A DNA stretch of 63,525 bases, filler included, from Intoshia linei (Eukaryota > Animalia > Orthonectida): NCBI GenBank assembly GCA_001642005.1. It is 6 parts of 6 records of this genome, joined end to end, with 100 filler letters (N's around TTAATTAATTAA, not from the genome) between each part and the next. Parts side by side here need not be neighbours in the genome. Positions count along the whole stretch, not along the records: positions 53,232 to 58,562 come from LWCA01001800.1; positions 58,663 to 63,525 come from LWCA01001884.1; 4 more parts are not named here. The stretch is one strand, 5' to 3'. Positions 53,500 through 63,525 of this stretch are shown here, one piece after another. Numbering within the stretch: the stretch's first letter is position 1; the number at the start of each line of letters is the position of its first letter. A model generated the notes under the pieces. The model was not told where the DNA came from, did not search any database, and saw only the letters and a list, made by a program, of their open reading frames with translations. The position numbers and the translations under genes are program-made.

Positions 53500-56400
53500 A
53501 ATGTATATTTTTTTATAATACACAATACTATGTAATTATTTCTGTCAGTGCTATGTAATGAGCAAGTTACACTATTATAACTGTGGGCTACTATTAAAAT
53601 ACTGTAGAAAATGTAGAAAAATTTTTTAATTTTGATGTTTTAGATTTAATTGTTACTTCTCTACAGTAGTAATGCAATAATGATTTACTATTCAAAAAGT
53701 TCAGACATTTTTATTATTCTTAAAAAATAAATTCACGTTGAAAATCTAACTTAAAAATTTTACTATTCACTATTATCAATTATTTAAAGAAGTGGTTCCC
53801 AAATTTATAAAATAAACTCAAATTTCTTTTCGTTTAGTATATTTTGGCTTATAATAATACACAATTACTTCATTTTGCACACTGTTATTTAACCTAAAAT
53901 TAATCTGGCTTAAAATACACTGCTCAATTACTTTTTTTGTTAGTGTAATGCTGTTTTTATATTGATATCAATTATCGTTCAATTTTTAGGTATAAAATTT
54001 TTCACGACAACCCCTCTTGAAATTTTGGTTCAAAAAAAATTTCCTAAAAACCCCCTTAAAAGTTTTGTTGAAAAAAAAATCTTAAAAACCCTCTTAAAGT
54101 TTGGTTTAAAATAAAAATTCTAAGAAACGCCCCTTCAAATTTGGTTTACAAAAATTTCTAAAAAAACCCCCTGAAAGTTTATTTATTTATCATCGGGATA
54201 TAATCCTTATAATTAACCAGGGGCAATTCTTTTAAATTTCTATGATTTCTTTAATAATGTATTCTTTAATATTGTATTTATTTTAAAACTGGAATTTAAA
54301 ATTGATATTTTATTATCTCATTTATATATGCCATTTAAAAATTGATATAATACTACATATGCAAATTGATATAATGTTTATTTGAAACATTTATTCTGCC
54401 TCAGTATCTCAAAAGCATCATATAATATATATAATAATTTATAATATAATAACTTATGGTACTATAACATGTATTATAAGAAAAATAAATTGTTTTAATT
54501 TATTGTAGGCTTGGCACTGCACTGATTATAGTTAATTGCAATATTTAATACTTGGATTTTAGTGGGTATATACATTTTTTACATTTTAGAGATATGGTAA
54601 ATACCTATTGGTCCTGTTACTACCTGATTTACCAATTTTAAATTTGTAAAAAATTAAGGGGCATAGTTTATTTTAAAAAAAACATCCCCTCAAAATGTAC
54701 TAAAAAAAGGTTATATTATTTTTTCAATTTGATTAAAGCCGCACCAAATTATCGAAAGTAATGCAACTTAACATAATTCCATATATTACATATCAAATTA
54801 TACATTGTATATTTATATGCAATGAATCCGGTTACCCTTGTCCGGGATCATGATAAAAAGTTATAAATTATAACTTATAATATACTGATAGAACATAAAT
54901 CTAAGATCCTTTTCTGGTTTCAAGTTAAGCATTTTCATGACACTTGGAATGATGCAAGTTTATACTTTGTATTTACTTTATATATACAAGATTACACTTT
55001 TATATGTTTATATTTTTATGTGTTGATGTATATGATGAAAAAATTTATAGCTTGTAATGAAATCAATTAATAAATATATTGTACTGAAAATTATATTACA
55101 ATAGAAATTTGATTATTATTATATATTATAGATGGTCATATCAAATTAAATAAATTTTAATATTTAAATTAAATAATAAATTTTATTTTGTTTAGATGGT
55201 AATATTTACATGAAAAAATGGTATTGAGATGAACAATATTAACCAAAAAGTTTAAGATGATAATGAATTATTTTTGGTATTATTTAGTGGGTATAATAAA
55301 ATGTTTTGATATAAATAATAATTATGATATACCCACAATTGTAAATTCGTTTTAGCTTGTAAATTATAAAACTAATTGCATGTATAAAATTACTATTTTT
55401 CTTAGGTAGTAATTAAATTTATAAATTAGAACGTAGTGTAATACCATTATCAACATTGACTCTTGAGATTTAAATAAATTTAAATATCCTGAAACTATAT
55501 ACCATATAATTCTGTAATATCGATAAAATTTCAAATCTATATTACTGAGTGTTTTGTCGTTTTAACAATGTTTGTAATATATACATTTCTGCAGATTTTA
55601 TTTTTAATTTAGGCTGTAAATTATATATTTTAACATTTAACATATGTACATATATATGTAAGTAATAGTTATAGATAATTATCTATATATAATAAAATTG
55701 TATAATAACGTGATACATAAATACCCTATACTTGTTACCTGAGAATGAACTTTTAATTTTTTGTAACTATCTCGTGTACAAGGATGATATTTAACAAGTC
55801 GCATTATTTATGAAACAACTTTATCTATTAAAAATTGAACGTTTTATTATAAAATTTTTTATAGCTAGCTTTTTCGAATATTTGATATAAATGTTAGATA
55901 TTTATATCTTAATAATTATTGAGAAATTAAATATGTGTTCACAAAAATATTAATATAAGTAATTATACGCTATTTAATAGATTCGCGTTATTTTTGAAAC
56001 TGTGTATTAGGGTGTCCACTTTTGACACTTTTTGTTGAATTAGAAAAAGTATATTTTACTGAACATTGGAAATGTAATTTAGAACGTATCCAAAACAAAA
56101 TTCCAAAGTCTGTAATTTTTTCAACCTAAAAATTTTTAAACTTTTTTAAAAAAACTAACTTTATTTAAATTTATGAATTAAAATTATTGAATTTAGACAA
56201 GAGTTTTAATTCCAATTTTTCATCTGTTCTAACTGTTGATCTTATAATTTCCATTTAGGGAACAGCTCGTTCCGATATTTCGTTGGTATAAATTACCGCG
56301 CATACTTGTTATTAAATCTCTAATTTTGACTTTTACTAATCCTAATGAAATCGGTCCCAGAGTGCACTTTGTCCATAAAGAATATAGTTCTATTGCAGTT

Positions 56401-58250
56401 TTATCACAGTAATAAAATTTTCATTGTGAATTATTTTCCATTTTTAAAAAATGATATCTTCCCATTACTTTTTTTATAGTAGGTAATCTCGATAATTACT
56501 AAGCGATTCACTGACCACAACTCCATAAGGACGCGTCCACCTCATACTTTTTTTGAATAATTCATTTTTAGATCTCGACATTTTAATTTTATATCATTAA
56601 TTTATGAATTATAAGATTGATAAATAAATAAAATAGTGTCACTAGGACATACTTGCAATAATACTAGTGTATGTAGGCTATCCATTTATGTGTAAAATTT
56701 TTTATGTGTTTTAACAAGATTATTTAATTGTTCAAGCCAAATATTAAGTTCTGGATTAATCATGAAACTTGAGATAAAAGAGTAAATAGACGAGGGGATA
56801 TTATTTTATGAGTCTATGGTTTTGTGGATTTAAAGATTTATTTTAATTGAATACAAATTCTAATAATTCAGTTATTCACAGTACAATTAAAATTATTATT
56901 AAAATTAGGAGATTGAGTTAACAGAATGTTCTATTACAAAAATTGATTATTAAAATTATAAGAGTCAGTTAACAGAATTTTCAAGTAGAACAACAATGGA
57001 CCAAATAAGGTGACGACACTTGTAACGATTGGCAGAGAAGAACTCAGATAAGTTCATCTTAAATAAAAATATGTCAAAATCGGGATCCAAACTCTAGCCA
57101 TGCAGCATAAAATTATATGACTATAACCACTCTGCCAGTTAAACATCACAAGTGAGTTATATCAAAAGTATATATTCGAATTTCGATTAGTACGATAGTT
57201 ATATATCACTACAACACTAATAAAGAGTAATACATTATTAACATTATAGCACATTAAGATTTAAATTAATAATACATTATTATTAATAATAAATAGTGTA
57301 ATAAAGTATAGTTTACATTTTTAAAAATAAAAATATCATAAACGTTATTAATATTAGGCGGGATTAATTTCAATTAAATGAATTAATTTTCACATATTCG
57401 TGATCAGTGCATAAAAACACACTTATATGCAAATATACTTTTCGATCTTTAAAAAAGTGGATACCCTAGTGTGTATATTATATTTATTTTTTTTAGTGGG
57501 TTACATTATTTAAATTTCATTATTACAATTATAAAATATAGGAAGTAAATTTAACGAAATATTAATATTTTTCCTAATATATACAGTAATAATGTATATA
57601 CAATGTACATGTATAATATATTAGCTGGTAATGATTGATTCATTTTCATTTTATACGCATTATATATTTTAATAAAGTTTGTAAGCCATTATTTTTAACA
57701 ATCTGTAAACATAAATAACTTAACGAAATAAAATAAATAAAATGCGTCTAGCAAGTAATAATAATAATAAGATAATATAATAATATTGAAAAAATTAATC
57801 ATTTTTAGTGATGGGTAATTAGTATTTATTGTACAATACATTATATTATATAATTAAAATTAATGTACTAAATACATTAAAAATCATTAAAATAAATTAA
57901 TTTACTTTTAATTGATTTTTATTGTAGTCAATGAATTCACCTTATGAGTTTTAATCATAAACTTTTGTATATTTTATGCCTAATAGTAGGTATACTTAAT
58001 ATATTTATTTTTTTAAAAACATTATTGTAATAATTCTTTTTAATATTTTTAGTATCATGTGATTATTTATAAAAATATGCTATATTAAGTTACATTCTAA
58101 GTTGACTTTAATTGTGAATTTTGTGGATTGTATTTTAATTTTAAATACTTTAAACATTTATATACATGTTTAATACATGATATATTTATATCAGAATGTC
58201 TATATTTTAAGTATAAAAATGTATTTCAATCTTTGAAACATTTTTAGATT
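53500..58250 (+). CDS. Predicted micro-exon gene, block 2: about 16-20 phase-1 exons of 3-6 nt; partial
   Basis: AG|exon|GT at 54563 TGG, 55051 CTT, 55132 ATG, 55196 ATG, 55288 TGG, 55356 CTT, 55406 GTA, 55613 GCT, 57497 TGG, 57542 GAA, 57625 CTG, 57678 TTT, 57752 CAA, 57809 TGATGG, 57987 TAG, 58248 ATT. Less certain: 53500 AAT, 53549 TGCTAT, 58053 TATCAT, 58195 AAT. The core translates in phase 1 to (LLL)AYDVACSLGTVSMMV. Confidence 0.7.
56008..57468. mobile_element. Non-autonomous hATm-like DNA transposon, copy 2, inside a micro-exon intron
   Basis: TIRs TAGGGTGTCCACTTTT / AAAAGTGGATACCCTA; 8-bp flanks CTGTGTAT / GTGTGTAT (7/8 match). Shares both arms with 16964-18820 but has a different internal segment. 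Confidence 0.88.
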
Positions 58251-58739
58251 GTAAATAATTACATAAACATTTATTATACCTGAGTGGTTTTTCAACTGAA
58301 CTGAACTATCATTATTTTAAAATTTATTTAAATTTAATTATAAAACAAATAATTAAGTATTTACCGCGTCATAATTATCATTTAATTTATTAAATTTATA
58401 ATAATATGATACTTATAAATTATATAAATTATAAATATTAACCCATATATTCCCAGTGTGACCATATGGTCACACAACATTACATTTATAAAAACACCTA
58501 TCAAATTAAAACAAAGTTAATTAAATATGAAAAATTAAATTAATTAGTATATTATATAACATNNNNNNNNNNNNNNNNNNNNNNNNNNNNNNNNNNNNNN
58601 NNNNNNTTAATTAATTAANNNNNNNNNNNNNNNNNNNNNNNNNNNNNNNNNNNNNNNNNNNNTGTAGGAAGGTGTAGTAAATATCCATAGATATTTACTA
58701 TTTACTAAAGATATATCGATACAATATGTTACATTAAGT

Positions 58740-58982
58740 CATGGGTTCTTAACCTTTTCCACTTGGCACACCCTTGCTTCAATAAAATTCGATTTCGCAC
58801 CCAAATTCAATAAAATTAAGTTAATATTATAACTATGGTAACAGAAAATTGCTAGGTGTAATGGCTACAAATGGCTTTAAATTTGAAATATAAAAAACTT
58901 TGAACATAAAAACACTGTGGTTTGTACGATTTATCAATATCATTTAATATTAACTGATTTCATCCCAGGTTAAGAACCCATG
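58740..58982. mobile_element. hAT MITE
   Basis: Perfect 15-bp TIRs CATGGGTTCTTAACC / GGTTAAGAACCCATG; flanks CATTAAGT / AATTAAGT (7/8 match). Confidence 0.85.
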
Positions 58983-59269
58983 AATTAAGTTCTTAGTAAA
59001 TAAATAAAAATTTCAAATTTTACAAAACATCCAAATGAAATGTTTTGACATACAATTTGCATGATGTTAGTGTGTGAGCAATATAACTTGAAATGCTGAG
59101 CTGTAAAATTCATATGAAATAATGCAATGTTCTCAACTCACCCATTAAAATTAATACTCATTAATTATTACTCAGTTCTGCGTAATTAAGTTATTGAAAT
59201 TTATGAGTACTTGTATCTTACTGCACTGGAGAGCAAGAACCAAAAATTAAAATAAAATAAAATAAGCAC

Positions 59270-60324
59270 CGACTGACTTTAAAACGATTGTTGGTTTAGC
59301 ATTAGTTCTAAAAATATATAAATCGAAAATTTAAAAAAACCTTATATCCCATATATTAATAAAAGTATCACTGGAAGCAGTTAGAACAATGTTTGGGTCT
59401 ACTTTACTCCAATCAACATCACTAAATCAATTGATCAATATTTTACATGCTCATTTAGCAATTTCAAAATATTTTTTGTATTACAAATTTTTTATAATCA
59501 AAACCCACCGTCCTACAATAAAATAACATTAAAAATTTTGAAATGTACAAAAATTTAAATAGTGAATTCATTTAAGCCGCTACCTTATCTGTCTATTGTG
59601 ATTGGACAAAACATACAGTTTTTCTATACAGTCCTTAATTTGAGCAATATGAGCTTTATCATAAACAACATAACAAAAAATATCTTTGTTAGTAGTGCTC
59701 CACTTTACATGACTAATTCCCCATCTTTTTATTGATTTACTCTTTAATAATTGTTCTGAATTATTTTCATTCAAATTAATGATGAGAATTTCATTTTTCC
59801 TTAATATAATGTAAAGTGCGATAAAATTTAAGTTTTAATTGTTCATAATATACTATATAGTATATTATTTTTATTAAAATTTAAAACCTTATTCAAATTT
59901 TGATTATAAAGTATATAATATGGAATAAAATTGATAATGTTATTAGGTCATTGAAAATTTAATGTATGTAGATTCTACTGGAAGTACAATGAATGTAAGT
60001 GAATAAAATACAACGTATGCACATATTGAAATAAAGATTTGATATTTCGATAAAGGGTTTAAATTTGTAAAACTCAATTGCAGTTGAAACTAAAGTTGCA
60101 TACTCCAATTACATGCATAAAGTAAATTATAAAACTTTGACAAAATGAATTAAGTACAATGAAAATACCCGCCAATTATAACACGATCTTTTTTGTCTAC
60201 GTCGAAGCATTTTGCCTATATGTGATATAAATCAATAAATAAATATCCTCACGTCACTGTGTGATAATTTTATACAATTTGTAGGTTGATGTGTGTCATA
60301 AGATTCCAAAGTTAAATATTTCAT
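59270..60324 (-). CDS. WDR59: WDR59 (GATOR2/Sea3) homologue, N-terminal WD40 exons
   Basis: Five exons splice to MKYLTLE...SHSD|AKCFDVDKKDRVIIGG|KNEILIINLNEN...KRWGISHVKWS...LSNHNRQI|SDVDWSKVDPNIVLTASSDTFINIWDIR|TNAKPTIVLKSV. This parallels WDR59 as I recall it (ATAMSVD...SGRRFLYIVNLD...SKWDIGAVQWN...LQGHTRVISDLDW...PDLLVTSSVDTYIYIWDIKDTRKPTVALSAV). The continuation is unclear. Confidence 0.8.
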
Positions 60325-60847
60325 CTTTATCTAATTTTAACATGAAGAAAAATTTATTATCTTATAATTATTTTACTTACAAACAATGTTAAGTTAACAT
60401 TGTGAACAAACAAATTTACAAATAAATATGTACTAAATTCAACAAGTTGTATAATTATAGCGTTCCATGTCTAAAAATAAATGGCTATTTTTTGTTGCGA
60501 GATTTCTACATGATTTGGTAATATTCTTAATGAATTAAACTTTTTTAATATTGATTAATTTCATACTATCGTTTATTTTTCATATGCAGTATTAAAATTG
60601 CATAGAAATTAGAAATTGAATCCAAATTTGTGAAATATTGTTTAATTTTTAATTCCCCAAATTTTAGTACCTGAAATGAGGATAATATTCATTTCAATTT
60701 AATATTATGCATTTATTCTAAATTTAAAATTACTTTCCAATTTTTTTGCTTCAGATGAGTTTACACGTGGGTTTCTATATTAATATGAACATATTGTAAT
60801 TAGGCAATATATAACCTTCAAAAATTGTAGCGCTCGAACTATAATAC

Positions 60848-61008
60848 AGTGATATCTCTATTTAGTCACGTTCGATTACTTAAATTTTAATTTTATTTAG
60901 AAACAATTTTAAGCCAAAAATATTTTTTGCAATCATAGATATTATGTAATTTTGGCTTTACATTTAACTCCAAATAAACTAAAATTGAAGTAATCGATAT
61001 ATCACTGT
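60848..61008. mobile_element. Small Tc1/pogo-type MITE
   Basis: TA|CAGTGATAT ... ATATCACTG|TA inverted ends with TA flanks. Confidence 0.55.
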
Positions 61009-62341
61009 ACAATGTACATTCAAGCTATATTTATAATATATATATTTTCATATTTAGTAGTATGTAAATGAAACTGTATAAATGGAACAGTTTCTTTATA
61101 CAAAAAAACACGTTTTGTTAGTTAATGATGTTAGTCAAGAATGTCGTCGTCTACGGAATTGCGGTTACATGTATTCGTCTACTGTACTTGTTAAATTTAA
61201 TCTTCATAAACGTCTTACTAAACGTTATGAGTAGGGAAAACTTTATATCCTTGCTTATATAATATCCTACGCAATGTTTGTGTGTGTTCCACTTTATTTC
61301 ATAACTAGCAGTCTTAGAATTTTATAAAGTCCACATTTCAATTACAGTTTTTTCCGGGGGTGATAATAAAATAAATTTCAACCTCCCAAACTCACATGTT
61401 ACGGGTCAAAAACCTTAATTTTTTTTTTAAAAGTCAAACGAGTTGGAGAATTTAAAAAAATAAATACGCTGATACGAATTTTATAACCATAAACATTATC
61501 ATAACTATAAATTAAAAAAAATTATATCTTCAGGGCCAACACCCCAAATTACCCTTTCTTTTTTTATAATAGCAGCCCTAGAATTTAAAAAAATTAACAG
61601 GTGGTACAGTTGTATCCTGTTAAAATTCAAATTAAAATTTAAAAAATTCAATCTGAATAAGTGACGACTTCACGGTCAAGAAAGCATTTTAGTATTCATA
61701 TTTTTTTTTCCGAAATATTATATTAGAACAAAAAATGTGAAATAATTAAAGGTCCGAAAATAAAAAAAAAGAATATTATTCTGATAGAGCTTATTCCAGT
61801 TGATATAAATACAAAATTTCAACCTCAGAAATCTACGCATTCCCGATAAAAAAATAATTTTTAATATATTATCAATTAATATTTTTCAAATATTTCAATT
61901 AAAATAAAAATTGAAAATGTTGATATTGATCCTACAATTTCAAAAAAAAATGTGCATTGAACGTCTACACATTTCCAATAAAGAAATATGGGTGAAAATC
62001 TATATAATTCATTCTTTCNCACATTTCCAATAAAGAAATATGGGTGAAAATCTATATAATTCATTCTTTCGGAATTTTTTTCATTGCTACATTCAGAGCT
62101 AGCTGCTGTTTGTAGTTGATTTTTGTCAATAGAAATGACGATTTGAATAAATAATATACAAATAATGGCAAGGTTACGCACAATGTTATAAATCTTATTT
62201 ATGAAAAATATTTCCTTTGAGCAGACCGATGTTTTTCAAAATTTAGGCTTAACGAATGGTACCACCGTTCTTAGAATTTTTTTTCTCATCCTGTATAACC
62301 CTGTATTTTTGTTCTTAAAAAAAAGTTAACACCCTAACTTA

Positions 62342-63525
62342 CACTGCGTTCCAAGTTATTATGCAAACATTAAAAACATCAATAATTTAAAAAGTAGTCA
62401 CTTAATTCTATTAATTTTTTTATCATAATCTAATCATTCACCATATAAAACGTTATTATTACAAAAAAATTTGTCACGGTTATAAAAATGCATTATATTT
62501 AACATTTTATATGTTTGGGTAATTTTTGGTGTGCCAAATTATTATGCTAATCAAAATTTAGGATAATTATGGGTAAATAAACATCATTTATTGTTGACAA
62601 AAAGGATAAAATCCTGAAAATGTTGGATAACGGAATATCGATAAATGAAATAACTTCAAATTTAGAACGCGATCATCGCACAATCCGCGATATATAAAAA
62701 AATCCTTCCAACAAAAGAAAAAGAAAGATAAAGGGATCATTCAAAGGAGTATCTGTTAAAGATATATTCATATTAAACTCGAAACCCTCTGAGCACTTCT
62801 CTAGAGATATTTAAATTATCAGGAGTAACTGATATACCTAAAAGTACGAGATGCAGAATATTAAAAACGGTTGGTAAAGTCAGGAATGATACAGTTAAAC
62901 CAGGTTTAACCAAACGAAACCAATTACGACTATCCTGGGCTAAAAATTATTTAATATTATTTTAATGAGATAAAATTTTAAATTTTTTTAAATGTAATTT
63001 TTACCGATTAAACTAGAATATTTTTAGATGGGTCAGATTCGTGAAGTAAGGGTTGGTTAGTGAATAACAGATCACAACCAAACCGTTTAAGGCGGCATCA
63101 AGGGGTGGGAGTATAATGATTTAGGCAGGCATTGTGAAATACACTATTATTTGACATTTTAAATTAGATGATGGAGTCAAAATTAATTCTGAAATATACT
63201 GCGCGTTTTTAAAAAATAACGTTTTTTTGTGGTTAAAAAAAAGAGGAAAAAATCTTTTTTAAAAATTTCATTTTTATGCATGATATTGCCCCAAGTCACG
63301 CATCCCGTTATACAAAAGAATATCTTTGATCAAATGGCTATGGATCAGAAAAAATAATGTGTTAACCGCCAAATTCTTCCGATCTTGATTGTATTGAAAA
63401 TCTATGATCCATAATTAAAAGAAAGAAATACAGTGGGAATAAACAATATCAATCAAAAAACGATATATGGTATGCAATTTTGAAAGAAATCAAAACAATC
63501 GATGCAAAAACAATTGAAAACCTCA
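62342..63525 (+). mobile_element. Decayed Tc1 (DD34E) transposon, runs off the window end
   Basis: TA|CACTGCGTTCCAAGTTATTATGCAA terminus. The transposase pseudogene from about 62569 has many stops and frameshifts: HTH (ISINEITSNLERDHRTIR), VIFTD*TRIFLDG, RHQGGG..IMI*AGI, FMHDIAPSHAS, *PPNSSDLDCIENL*SIIKRK. Confidence 0.92.

Noticed and set aside
55051-57627. Resemblance of YDVACSLG to SAM-methyltransferase motif I
   Set aside because: Only eight residues of a predicted peptide; not enough to assign a function.
61876-62181. ORF with a signal-peptide-like start (MRNLAIICILFIQIVIS)
   Set aside because: Most of it is the antisense of the interspersed repeat also seen near 46690-46745, and it crosses the artefactual duplication.

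Overview
Very AT-rich eukaryotic (animal-type) genomic DNA with short GT-AG introns (many 35-110 nt), so the supplied ORF track shows only fragments of the real genes. Six contigs are joined by five artificial N...TTAATTAATTAA...N spacers, so adjacency across them is uncertain. Spliced genes reconstructed by eye: a TIGAR-like histidine phosphatase (5' end outside the window), a compact CEP295/Ana1 homologue, NDUFAF3, an intronless secreted orphan, a furin-like Cys-repeat secreted protein, a type-I membrane protein with a SUEL-type lectin domain, a calmodulin-like protein, the 5' part of CLPTM1, an Ig-domain fragment and the 5' part of WDR59. DNA transposons are abundant (hAT MITEs, two hATm-like copies, Tigger/pogo, Tc1, a Helitron-like repeat). 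The main discovery lies in two ORF-poor contigs (38513-48625 and 53232-58562), which carry dense + strand arrays of 3-nt micro-exons (AG|NNN|GT) plus a few of 6, 9, 12 and 15 nt. In the first block, 39 exons (33 of them 3 nt) splice in phase 1 to a stop-free acidic peptide, SDSDDDYNDLLNDYDEKTMKVVDDYLNSKYNQNEDKPDDYDDFIDLEKKEIV, close to one residue per exon. This prediction needs RNA confirmation. The organism cannot be identified from the sequence; the style is reminiscent of a reduced, fast-evolving invertebrate parasite (e.g. an orthonectid), which is only a guess.
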